Below, one piece after another: positions 32,980 to 42,238 of a stretch of 64,000 bases of DNA. The translations under genes were made by a program, and so were the position numbers. The notes under the pieces are model-generated. The model was not told the origin of the DNA. It saw nothing but the letters and a program-made list of their open reading frames with translations, and searched no databases. Location: positions 3,929 through 67,928 of IMG/VR virus record IMGVR_UViG_3300047300_000657. One strand, written 5' to 3'. Every line of letters begins with the position of its first letter. Position 1 is the stretch's first letter. Source of the stretch: a virus.

Positions 32980-35900
32980 TACTTTATCTCCTTTATATTT
33001 AAAGTGCCGTCGTCTAATTTAGACAAGACTGGCTTACATTTCATTCCTTCTCGCATTCTTGCAAGCGTTTGCTTGTACATTGTCGGGAAAGCAATTGCTC
33101 TAATTAATTCTTTATCTTTATTAGTCATAACAATATGGCTCATTGTCTTTCCTGCCTTTGTTTGGTATGGAGTAAAATTAATTACCATATATTCGTCTTC
33201 GGACAGATCGTATTGCTTTTGATAAAGATACTTAACAAATAAATCTTCTGAATCTGGATTAATATCACTAACCTTTACGTAACGTGATATTCTGTTGTCT
33301 CCTACCAAGATGAAGTACATTTGTCCTGGCTCAATTTGTGTTTGCTCATTGTGGAATAAACCAATTGAACCAGTTTCATCTACGAGCTCTACTCGTGCCC
33401 AACCAGTTCCCCTCTTAATTGATTTAACCATTCCAAACATCACAAATGACCCTAGGTCATCAAAATCTTCAATGGGTCTAGCTTGCGCTTTAATTCTAGG
33501 AGGAATTCCATCAAGATTAAAAGCTGGTATGCCTAAATACTCATAGTAATTATCTTTTTCATTACCGCTTCTTTCATTATCTTTAAATGCACAACCGCCA
33601 ATAGAATTGAGTGCTTGTATAGCACGGCTATTAATTCCAGATCCCTTTTTAGAGGCAACCTCTGTAAACTCAGCATAGCTTTTAAATGGACGTGCATCAA
33701 TAATTTTATTTGCAATGTTATCTGAAATATATTTAACTTCAGCAAGTCCAAATCTAATTGCATTATCTTTCAAAGAAAAATAAACATCTGACTCATTAAC
33801 GTGTGGCAAAAGAACCTTTAAGCCTAGGCGCTTTGCTTCAATTAAATATTCTGTTCTTGCATCTTTATCATTTTCGTTTTTAAGAACTGAAAACATGAAT
33901 TCAAGAGGATAATAGGACTTAAGCCAAGCAGTATAATAACTAAGCATAGAGTAAGCAACAGCATGGGAGCGGTTGAAAGAATAACCAGCATGAGCCTCAA
34001 ACATATGCCAAAGCGTCTCCGCTTGTTTTTTAGAAATGTGTTTTGAAGCACCATCAATAAATTTATCCTTGAACTGGTCAAACTCTCTTGCATCTTTTTT
34101 CTTACCAATAATCTTACGCACCTTATCGGCTTCGGACCAAGTCATCCCTCCTAGGTGTACGCATGCTTGCATAACCTGCTCTTGATATATGATAACACCA
34201 TACGTATTCTCTGTAAAAGGCTTCATGATTGGGTGGGTATATGTAATATCTTGTTGACCCTGCTTACGCTTAATGTATGAATCACCGACAGTCTTCATAG
34301 CTCCTGGACGGACTAAAGCATTAGATGCAGCAAGATCTTCAAATTTGTCTACACCCATCTTAATCAATAGGTTTGTGTAAGGCGTTGCTTCTGCCTGAAA
34401 GATTCCCTTTGTATATCCTTCATTTAACATCTTGTAAACATTTGCATCATCTAAAGGAAGTTCAGATAAATTAATATCTCTACCAGTTCTTTCTTTAATT
34501 GACTTTAATGTATCTGAAATAACAGACAAAGTCTTTAGACCTAGTGCATCAAGTTTAATCAAACCGATATCTGCAACTGTATCCATGTCGTAAGCAACAA
34601 CAGGAATACGCCCAGAGACTTTGTCCTGAGCATCTTCTCTAGATTCGACTGGAGCATATTTTCTGATATCATCTTTTGCAACTACTACACCTGCAGCATG
34701 TACGCCAACAGAACGAATTCTCCCACGTAGCCTCTCTGCAAGCCAAATAACCTCAGGGTATTTAGCCCTGAACTCTTTTGTATTTGGTGACTCCATAAAG
34801 TCTTCAAACGTATCAACTTGCTTTAATGCTCTATTTACATCCTGTAGTGGAACCATAAATACACGAGCAGCATCACGCACAACACCTTTATCCTTAAAAT
34901 AAGTAAATGTAGAAATAGATGCAACGTGCTTAAACTTCTTCTTTAAATAATCTTTTACTTCTTTGCGACGGCGATCTTCAAAATCTGTATCAATATCAGG
35001 AAAGTCGTTACGTTCTGGATTAATAAATCTAAAAAACAAAAGGTCATATTTAATTGGATCAACATCAGTAATTCCCAATGAATAACAAACTAGAGATCCA
35101 GCTGCAGATCCTCGACCTGGGCCAACCTTGATATTATTATCTTTAGCCCAGTTAATCATGTCTGCAACCACAAGAAAATATGAGGCAAATTTCTTATCCT
35201 TAATTACAGACAATTCTTCATTAAGCCTGTCAGTATAGACCTCGTTCTTGTCTAGACCTAGTCTTTTAAGGCCCTCAGAGGCCATTTCAGACAGTTTCTT
35301 GTCAGCATTGGTCTTTGGTACAGGGAGAAGGTCTAGATTGCTGTTAAAATCGTATTCTCCAATTTTATTGGCTATCTCTACCGTGTTTTCATAAATGTCT
35401 GTTCTGGTAATTCCAACCTCATTAAAGTCTGCCTCAATTTCTGCACGACTTTGAATAAATAAATTGTAATCTTGAAATGAAATCTTTCTGTCTGGATAAA
35501 GATAGTTAAACCTATCTAACATATCATTCATATTTCGTGACATCTCAAAGTCTGCATCTTTATCCATCTTTGGATTTGTCGACAAAATAAGCATAGCTTC
35601 TTCTAAAACCTTATCTTCGCCTTTAGCAAAGTGAGCATCTCCAGTTGCTACCGCCTTAATTCCTAGCTCATCTGCAAGCTCAAGAAGCTTTAGATTTATT
35701 TCTTCAGGGTTGTGTGACTGAACCTCAACATAAAAATCTTCACCGAAAGTTTTCTGAAAATCTTTGAGAACCATTTTAGCTTCAGAAAATTCGCCCCTTT
35801 CGATAGCCTTAGAAATAAGACCGTTAAGACATCCAGAGAGTACAATGATGCCTTCCGCATATTCTTTTAATACCTCTCTATCAATACGTGGCTTATGATA

Positions 35901-36248
35901 AAAGCCTTCGTTCCATGCAATTTCTTGTAATGTGTTTATGTTTGACAGACCTACTTTATTCTTAGCAAGAAGGATGATGTGGTTGTAAGCTTGAATTGAT
36001 TTATCTGTTTTTGAAGACTTGTCAAATCTATCTGTTGGAGAAATGTATGCTTCTACGCCGAGGATAGGCTTGATGCCTAATTCTTTTGCTGCTATTTGCA
36101 TATCACGATGTGAAGACAATGTTCCATGATCTGTAATTGCAATTGCAGTTTGACCAGCATCTAGCGCTGCTTGGCATAGTTCTCGTGGAGAATTTAATCC
36201 ATCCATTAAACTATAATAACTATGTACGTGTAGGTGTGTGAAACTCAT
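32979..36248 (-). CDS. dnaE: DNA polymerase III alpha subunit (DnaE-type)
   Basis: PHP HLHVHSYYSLMDG, TDHG, GPGRGSAAGSLV, PDIDTDF, YSFNRSH. Confidence 0.96.
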   Translation of the reverse strand: MSFTHLHVHSYYSLMDGLNSPRELCQAALDAGQTAIAITDHGTLSSHRDMQIAAKELGIKPILGVEAYISPTDRFDKSSKTDKSIQAYNHIILLAKNKVGLSNINTLQEIAWNEGFYHKPRIDREVLKEYAEGIIVLSGCLNGLISKAIERGEFSEAKMVLKDFQKTFGEDFYVEVQSHNPEEINLKLLELADELGIKAVATGDAHFAKGEDKVLEEAMLILSTNPKMDKDADFEMSRNMNDMLDRFNYLYPDRKISFQDYNLFIQSRAEIEADFNEVGITRTDIYENTVEIANKIGEYDFNSNLDLLPVPKTNADKKLSEMASEGLKRLGLDKNEVYTDRLNEELSVIKDKKFASYFLVVADMINWAKDNNIKVGPGRGSAAGSLVCYSLGITDVDPIKYDLLFFRFINPERNDFPDIDTDFEDRRRKEVKDYLKKKFKHVASISTFTYFKDKGVVRDAARVFMVPLQDVNRALKQVDTFEDFMESPNTKEFRAKYPEVIWLAERLRGRIRSVGVHAAGVVVAKDDIRKYAPVESREDAQDKVSGRIPVVAYDMDTVADIGLIKLDALGLKTLSVISDTLKSIKERTGRDINLSELPLDDANVYKMLNEGYTKGIFQAEATPYTNLLIKMGVDKFEDLAASNALVRPGAMKTVGDSYIKRKQGQQDITYTHPIMKPFTENTYGVIIYQEQVMQACVHLGGMTWSEADKVRKIIGKKKDAREFDQFKDKFIDGASKHISKKQAETLWHMFEAHAGYSFNRSHAVAYSMLSYYTAWLKSYYPLEFMFSVLKNENDKDARTEYLIEAKRLGLKVLLPHVNESDVYFSLKDNAIRFGLAEVKYISDNIANKIIDARPFKSYAEFTEVASKKGSGINSRAIQALNSIGGCAFKDNERSGNEKDNYYEYLGIPAFNLDGIPPRIKAQARPIEDFDDLGSFVMFGMVKSIKRGTGWARVELVDETGSIGLFHNEQTQIEPGQMYFILVGDNRISRYVKVSDINPDSEDLFVKYLYQKQYDLSEDEYMVINFTPYQTKAGKTMSHIVMTNKDKELIRAIAFPTMYKQTLARMREGMKCKPVLSKLDDGTLNIKEIK

Positions 36249-36308
36249 GTCGCTATTCTACTAAATAGATCAGGGGCAGTCAATAGACTGCCCCTTCTCA
36301 TTTTAGAT

Positions 36309-36980
36309 TTACCAGTCTACGCTGCTTGATGAAGCATCTGATTCCTCAGCAGGTGCACCTTCTCCTGCAAAAAATGCTTCTTGTTCTGTATAAGGCATAT
36401 CACGAACTGCAGACTCTTCAAGCTTATAAAGCTCCAAACCTGATGCATCAAATGGAGTTTCATCTTTTGCAAGAGGAATAATTGTATAGCTTGTATCTGT
36501 CTTCATTCCTGAACGCTTAATACGCCACATAAGGTTTGTAATTGAACCCATTTCTCCAGCGTATTCGATTAGTGTAGGTGTTACTGTCTTACCACTTGAA
36601 CCTTGTGAAAGAATTGCAACATAAGGTTCTTCTTTACCATCATCTACTAATACATTAATATAGAGTCGTGATCGACCCTTCCATCCCGCCTTGTAATCTT
36701 TGCGGTGTTGTTCACATCCAAAACACTTACCCTGATCATCCATCGAACATAATGCTTTACGACGATAATCTTTTGGATTTGTATGCTCTACTGCAATAAA
36801 ACCGAGACCTTGCGCCTCGTTATAATTTGGTGAATCTGGATCAAGCTCCTGAAGAAAACGAATCTTAATGCTTTCTCCGTCTTCAAGCTTTACCCAACGA
36901 CCTTTTGTGCCGTCGCCACTTGATGCTTGTGGCTTATCCATAACCTTGTTTAGGTCTTTTAGTCCTTTTACGATACCCAT
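36309..36980 (-). CDS. single-stranded DNA-binding protein (gp32-like)
   Basis: IKIRFL, Cys/His Zn ligands, KR.G..TDT.Y, acidic tail ending DW; between primase and polymerase. Confidence 0.75.
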   Translation of the reverse strand: MGIVKGLKDLNKVMDKPQASSGDGTKGRWVKLEDGESIKIRFLQELDPDSPNYNEAQGLGFIAVEHTNPKDYRRKALCSMDDQGKCFGCEQHRKDYKAGWKGRSRLYINVLVDDGKEEPYVAILSQGSSGKTVTPTLIEYAGEMGSITNLMWRIKRSGMKTDTSYTIIPLAKDETPFDASGLELYKLEESAVRDMPYTEQEAFFAGEGAPAEESDASSSSVDW

Positions 36981-37034
36981 TTTTTTCTCCTAGTTTATAG
37001 TTGACGGTGTATATCCGTCTGTGTCTTTATTATA

Positions 37035-38033
37035 TCACGAATGCCAAGATTTATATTCAATATCTGAAACAGCGTTATTGATACAAATCTTAATCTCTTC
37101 GTCTGTCATGTCTCCTGCATCTTTTGCATCGTGAGGATATATCTTACCATATTCGTAAGAAGACCACAAGATGTCTTTATTGCGTAGCTTGTCAGCAATT
37201 GCTGAGCCAAGCTCTCTTCCTGCTAAATCAGCATCTGTCATTATTATAATTCTGTTAAAGTATTTATTTAATAAAGCATGCTGTTCTTTAGACAAGAATC
37301 CTCCCAGTGTTGCTACAACATTAGGAAAACCTGCTTGATGAATTCTTATTGCATCAAAGTTAGACTCAACAACAATAACGTTTCCACCAATCTTTTTTGC
37401 ACGATGAACATTAAATAATGTTTTGCTTTTTGGCAAGTCCGTGCTATTTTTAAAAGTTTTGCCCTCAATAGATCTTCCAACAATTCCGATTGGGATACCG
37501 TCAGGACTATGAACTGGAGTAACAACCATTTTCATGTTGTCTGAATACCCTAATTCAAAATATTTCATAGTGTCAATATTTATTTTTCTTGAAAGCAAAT
37601 AGTTTTTTGCATCTTCATTTTGTGCAAGATCAAGATGTAGTCTGTATATTGTGTCATATGAAAACTCTTTAAACTCTGGCTTATCTTCCATCATTGATTG
37701 GAGCATTTCATCAAAACCGTCTAGCGACTCCTGCCCTTTTGCAGATATTAGTCTAAGAGCTTGAAAATTATTTTTACCAGAAACTCTTCTTACCAACTCG
37801 ACTAATGATCCAGATTCTCCACATGCAGGGTTATAGCAAAGCCATGCTCCAGACAATTTGCTTATGCAGCAGCTTGCGCTGTGTCTATTTGAATGAAAAG
37901 GGCAATAGAACATAAGGTCGTCGCCAGGCTCACTTGTTATGTCCAACCCTAGTTCTTTTAGGATTGATTTAATTTGGCCTGGTGCGTACTGCGTGGAAGT
38001 AACTTGCCTTGCTGTATTCCCTCGTATTGCCAT
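37035..38033 (-). CDS. dnaG: DNA primase (CHC2 zinc finger + TOPRIM)
   Basis: CPFH...C...C; VVES.FD; D.D.AG; KD.GD. Confidence 0.92.
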   Translation of the reverse strand: MAIRGNTARQVTSTQYAPGQIKSILKELGLDITSEPGDDLMFYCPFHSNRHSASCCISKLSGAWLCYNPACGESGSLVELVRRVSGKNNFQALRLISAKGQESLDGFDEMLQSMMEDKPEFKEFSYDTIYRLHLDLAQNEDAKNYLLSRKINIDTMKYFELGYSDNMKMVVTPVHSPDGIPIGIVGRSIEGKTFKNSTDLPKSKTLFNVHRAKKIGGNVIVVESNFDAIRIHQAGFPNVVATLGGFLSKEQHALLNKYFNRIIIMTDADLAGRELGSAIADKLRNKDILWSSYEYGKIYPHDAKDAGDMTDEEIKICINNAVSDIEYKSWHS

Positions 38034-38263
38034 GACTTCTTCTTTCCTACGTAGATGCCATATATTGACATCTTAAAAAACCATTCATCTTTATCAGACA
38101 CATATTCTACAGTCCAAACTGGGTCCATGTCAAGAGCTCTTACGTAACCCCTGTCCCGCATCTGCACCTCTAATGTGCGTTCATTTAAATCCCTAATAGA
38201 CAAAGCTTTTGAATCATCTATAAACTGTCCATCTATACAAAATCTTTTAATTGCCTTGTGCAT
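37958..38263 (-). CDS. hypothetical protein
   Basis: 101-aa ORF between helicase and primase. Confidence 0.65.
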   Translation of the reverse strand: MHKAIKRFCIDGQFIDDSKALSIRDLNERTLEVQMRDRGYVRALDMDPVWTVEYVSDKDEWFFKMSIYGIYVGKKKSWQYEGIQQGKLLPRSTHQAKLNQS

Positions 38264-39488
38264 CGCTAAACGGATTCTCGTAAATTTCTTTCACAATACC
38301 TCTGTTGATGTCCCAGTCTAAATAGAAATTGAAATCGTTACCGTGTCTATTTTTTCTAGATATGACCTCAATCATATTTGTATTTGGGTATCTGTGAATT
38401 GCCATAGCCATATCAGCATCGTACTCGATTGCTTTTGACCACGCCACCTGACTCATCATTGGTGGATTATCTTGATCTGAAATATCATCAGCTGTTGCAG
38501 CAGTAATATCAATTACTGGAATATTGTTTGCAACAGCAAGCAATTTAAACTCACGAGAAATATTTCTGTTTCGCTCAACTTCAGAATTACTTCTCTTGTT
38601 ATCATTAAAAAGTTGATGATAGTCTAAGATTACAAGATCTGGTTTGTGCTGATCAATTTTACCTTGAACAGTAGCTGGAGTAACCTCAGCAGTTCCTTCA
38701 TTTGAAATAAGGATAAAACTATTTTTACCCTCAAACTTTTTCTTTCCCCAAGACTTAAAGTCATCAATATTAATGTCACCCTTAGACAAATCACTTGCCT
38801 TAAATAAACCTGAACCCATCATGGTATAAATGCGATCACGCATATTTTCTGGAGACATTTCTAGAGAAATAATCATTGGCTTAAATCCTTGTTCCCAGGC
38901 CTTACATGCCAAATAGGAAGTGAACCATGTCTTACCACGGCCTGGCCAACCAATAGCTACAATAAGGTGCCCTGGTGCCATTCCAGTTGGATATGCTTTA
39001 TCAATTGCTTGAAAGCCAGTCAGGATTCCTGGGCTTCCACCCATGATTGCTGATCGTTCTTTTACTGACAAGAAATGATTTTCTGCAGACTCAATATCAA
39101 TAATGTCTAAGTCTCTTACGTTATTTGTAAACTTACTAAGGGTAGCAAGCTTGCTTTGCATTTCAGCAAGAACACGAGCAGCTGCATCTTCTTTTAATGC
39201 AGAACCACTTTGAAGAATAATTGATTTAAGTCTGTTAGATAGGTACTCGTTCTTAAGCTTGTCTAGATAATAGCCTGTCTCACCTTTAGTTTCAACAGCC
39301 TCAAAATCTTTAAACTTTTCAATTAAAACGCCCGCCTCTGGTACAGCTTTGAACTTATAGTAATATGACTTTAGTCCGTCCCAGATATCTCTGTGTGACG
39401 TAAATATCTCATCAACATTATCTGCAAGTAGTGTGCTGATATCTTTATTTTTGCAAACTGCAGATATTAGTTCTGCTTCTGTATTCAC
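38247..39488 (-). CDS. dnaB: DnaB-like replicative helicase
   Basis: GWPGRGKT, SLEM, LDY.QL, IEYDAD, KNRHG. Confidence 0.93.
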   Translation of the reverse strand: MNTEAELISAVCKNKDISTLLADNVDEIFTSHRDIWDGLKSYYYKFKAVPEAGVLIEKFKDFEAVETKGETGYYLDKLKNEYLSNRLKSIILQSGSALKEDAAARVLAEMQSKLATLSKFTNNVRDLDIIDIESAENHFLSVKERSAIMGGSPGILTGFQAIDKAYPTGMAPGHLIVAIGWPGRGKTWFTSYLACKAWEQGFKPMIISLEMSPENMRDRIYTMMGSGLFKASDLSKGDINIDDFKSWGKKKFEGKNSFILISNEGTAEVTPATVQGKIDQHKPDLVILDYHQLFNDNKRSNSEVERNRNISREFKLLAVANNIPVIDITAATADDISDQDNPPMMSQVAWSKAIEYDADMAMAIHRYPNTNMIEVISRKNRHGNDFNFYLDWDINRGIVKEIYENPFSDAQGN

Positions 39489-39805
39489 TGGTCTCCGCCC
39501 TCTACCATCTCTTTAGTTTCTTTTAACAACCTTTGTCTGTTAAGTCTATCACGATCTATTTCTTTTTTTAACGTATCCATTTTGTCAAAGTTATAAAAGA
39601 AAAACTGAAGTGGATGACCATTTTTATTAATTACAAAATAGTATTCTAGCAACTCTTTTGCTCTGTCAAAACCTACGCTATCAATAACATCTTGCATAGC
39701 CCATTTTTCTCTAAACTTATTCATTGTTGGAACCTTGTTATATTTATCTTTATATAAATTTGAGTACAATGAAAGTAGCACGTAGGGCTCTTTATTATTT
39801 GCCAC
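39485..39805 (-). CDS. hypothetical protein
   Basis: 106-aa coupled ORF. Confidence 0.7.
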   Translation of the reverse strand: MANNKEPYVLLSLYSNLYKDKYNKVPTMNKFREKWAMQDVIDSVGFDRAKELLEYYFVINKNGHPLQFFFYNFDKMDTLKKEIDRDRLNRQRLLKETKEMVEGGDQ

Positions 39806-39998
39806 GCTTGAGCTCTTCTTCTACTTCTTGAGTCTTTTCAATAAGTTTATTTTCTACAAAGTTATAGACTCTTTCTGTTGCAGCATCAACAGTTTCTCCT
39901 TGGCGTACATCATCTTCAATGCCAACACCTATCTTAATACTTTCATAGTTACCAAGATTTCTTGTAAAAGAAAGATCTACCTTAACTCTTGTTGTCAC
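39795..39998 (-). CDS. hypothetical protein
   Basis: T.NLGNYES motif common in phage proteins. Confidence 0.75.
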   Translation of the reverse strand: MTTRVKVDLSFTRNLGNYESIKIGVGIEDDVRQGETVDAATERVYNFVENKLIEKTQEVEEELKRGK

Positions 39999-40105
39999 TT
40001 ATGTTCCGCCTTTCTATGTCTATTTAACGTATCGTGTGCAAATATGCCTGACCGTACTTCTATTTCTTTTTTACAAACTTCACAAATAACTACTTTGCTT
40101 GCCAC
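39995..40105 (-). CDS. 36-aa C2H2-like zinc-finger peptide (not in ORF track)
   Basis: MASKVVICEVCKKEIEVRSGIFAHDTLNRHRKAEHK; overlaps both neighbours. Confidence 0.65.
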   Translation of the reverse strand: MASKVVICEVCKKEIEVRSGIFAHDTLNRHRKAEHK

Positions 40106-40587
40106 TAGTCCGCCTTCCAAACTGGTACAAATCCGTTCTCTGTCTTAGTATACAATATAATATTGTTTTTGAGAATAGCCTGCAACTCAGTTTTTGAAGG
40201 AACATTTTTTGAATGTCCTGAATCTAATATATGTTCGTGTATGTCATAAATGTTTTTATGACTAAACATATATCTAAACCATTTGTGATTATCTTGTTTA
40301 CCTATGGGATATATTATTGATGGAGTCAAAACCTTTCCTTCAATAATATAATCCTGTATGGTAACCCTATGCTTATTTAATATTTCAGAAACTTCTAAGA
40401 TAGAATAAGCTTTTTCCATATTCTTTTTTACTTGAGAATATGAATACAAAACTCTTTTTCTGTCTGGATAGCACCAGGCAACAAGTTCGTCTTTTGATCT
40501 AGAAGCTTTTAATACTTTATGTATTTTTTCATTTAAGAAGAAATACTGTAAGCTTTTTTGGTTTGTGTTTCTTTTTCGTCTAGCCAT
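40105..40587 (-). CDS. HTH DNA-binding protein
   Basis: YSILEVSEILNKHRVTIQDYI. Confidence 0.7.
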   Translation of the reverse strand: MARRKRNTNQKSLQYFFLNEKIHKVLKASRSKDELVAWCYPDRKRVLYSYSQVKKNMEKAYSILEVSEILNKHRVTIQDYIIEGKVLTPSIIYPIGKQDNHKWFRYMFSHKNIYDIHEHILDSGHSKNVPSKTELQAILKNNIILYTKTENGFVPVWKAD

Positions 40588-40724
40588 TTTCCAAACCTAC
40601 TCGATTCCTTATTAACCATCCATCTTTTACCGCACATGATACAAAATAATTCCATGTGTAGCATTTGTGAAAATACTCTATCTACAAAAACACGGCCATT
40701 ACATTTTTGGCATCTCATCATCAT
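40533..40724 (-). CDS. zinc-ribbon protein
   Basis: CQKC.G...C..CG. Confidence 0.7.
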   Translation of the reverse strand: MMMRCQKCNGRVFVDRVFSQMLHMELFCIMCGKRWMVNKESSRFGKWLDEKETQTKKAYSISS

Positions 40725-41521
40725 ACACTAAACACCTTCCCGTCAACTACGCATGAGTAGTCTGGTGAAATATGAATCATTTGAATATGAGGGTAATCAT
40801 TTACAATATGTGCAACGGCAAATCCCTTTTGCCAATCGTGATGCTGTGTGTATTTCATTCCGTCGGATTTCTCATCACACATGTGTCCGATTTCATATCC
40901 ACGAAGCGTTTCTCCCTCGCCATTATTTCTAAGCTCATAAGTTACCATATGCGAAGCAATTCTATGTGAATGTCCTCTAATTAAAGAAATCTGCATATCT
41001 TCCATGTCCTTTCTTGCAGATCCAGTTGCTGCAATTGAAAGTCCGTGGTGTACGTGAATGTCACCAAATCTACGCTTAGGTAATTCGTTGTAATAGATGT
41101 ATTCATACCCTAATGAATCAAGTGACCACAAAGATTCTGGTGTTACGTCTTTAGCGTAGTCTGGTAGCTTTTTATCAATGTAATCAAATATTCGAATATC
41201 GTGATTTCCTAAAGCAGAAAATAACTGTGCGTCTGGAAGCATCTCTCTAGTTTTAGTATAAAAATCTCTTGCTCCTTTTGCCTCATGTCGCATCATAGGG
41301 ACAATAAGGTCACGGCTATCATCTTTATGAAGCTGCATAAATTCTGCTGAACGACCTTCAGTATACTTACTGTAACAAGCCTGATCGTCTGTATCTCCCA
41401 AATAGTCTACGACGTCTGGTTTAAACCACTTCATGACTTTAAACCATAGCTCTATGGCTTTGTCATCCTGATACGGAAACTGCTGATCGGATGATAACAT
41501 CCATTTTAAATCGTTTGACAT
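40721..41521 (-). CDS. calcineurin-like metallophosphoesterase
   Basis: SD.Q, LGD..D, GNHD, HHG, GHSHR. Confidence 0.88.
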   Translation of the reverse strand: MSNDLKWMLSSDQQFPYQDDKAIELWFKVMKWFKPDVVDYLGDTDDQACYSKYTEGRSAEFMQLHKDDSRDLIVPMMRHEAKGARDFYTKTREMLPDAQLFSALGNHDIRIFDYIDKKLPDYAKDVTPESLWSLDSLGYEYIYYNELPKRRFGDIHVHHGLSIAATGSARKDMEDMQISLIRGHSHRIASHMVTYELRNNGEGETLRGYEIGHMCDEKSDGMKYTQHHDWQKGFAVAHIVNDYPHIQMIHISPDYSCVVDGKVFSV

Positions 41522-41540
41522 TTACTTCCTCAAAATATAC

Positions 41541-41605
41541 AAAAAGTCACGAGGTCGTGACTTTGGTGCTACACGTAAGTGTAGCATATTAAAAAACTGT
41601 GTCAA
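41541..41605 (-). promoter_or_regulatory. replication-module promoter with palindromic -10 and immediate hairpin/terminator
   Basis: TTGACA..TACACT; TGCTACAC/GTGTAGCA; AAAGTCACGA/TCGTGACTTT-TTG. Confidence 0.6.
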
Positions 41606-41610
41606 TAGGT

Positions 41611-42051
41611 TTAGCTTACTGGTGTTCCAGCAGCAAACAAAATAAACTTTACTGATCCTGCAGTTGCACCCGCTCCTGATCTTATCTCATAAGACATAGA
41701 TGTTTCATCTACGCTAATAATGACAGGATGGACACGTAATACTGTTTCTGCTTGACCGCTTGTTCCTTTTACTTGAATCCAGCATGCTGGTGCAGCTGTA
41801 AACGCCACTGGAAAAGTCCATGTTCCACTTGCAGATGGCTTGTTTGTTGGCTTAACTGATTTTGAAACTTCTTTAGATATAACAGTATTTGCACTTTTAA
41901 TAACTGTTGTTTCATTTGTATTTGTAAGTGAAACTACGCTAGAAGATTCGCCCTTTGCAATTAAGTTAATATTACTTACTATTGTTTTTAATAGATCTGC
42001 TGTAACGGGATCCCCGTCATTAATCTGCATTGGGTCAATTGTTATTGCCAT
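41611..42051 (-). CDS. small virion/tail-associated protein
   Basis: beta-rich; TFPVAFTAAP motif; end of tail module. Confidence 0.6.
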   Translation of the reverse strand: MAITIDPMQINDGDPVTADLLKTIVSNINLIAKGESSSVVSLTNTNETTVIKSANTVISKEVSKSVKPTNKPSASGTWTFPVAFTAAPACWIQVKGTSGQAETVLRVHPVIISVDETSMSYEIRSGAGATAGSVKFILFAAGTPVS

Positions 42052-42054
42052 TTA

Positions 42055-42204
42055 TTACTCCTTGTTATCTTCTTGCTTTTCTGCTAGAGCATTTGCTAAA
42101 CTTGTTATTTCTGCACGAAGAACTGCAATATGTGTCTCATACTGTGAGACTAACTGCCCAATTCTTTCTTGTAATGCTTGAATAACTAATTCTTGTTTTT
42201 CCAT
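42055..42204 (-). CDS. small coiled-coil protein
   Basis: MEKQELVIQALQERIG; RBS AAGGA. Confidence 0.65.
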   Translation of the reverse strand: MEKQELVIQALQERIGQLVSQYETHIAVLRAEITSLANALAEKQEDNKE

Positions 42205-42238
42205 TATATTCCTTTTCTCTATATTGTATATAATACCA

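Noticed and set aside
25880-39488. Inteins or introns in terL, recA, dnaE, dnaB
   Set aside because: Protein lengths are normal, frames are continuous, and no splice-junction or homing-endonuclease motifs were seen.
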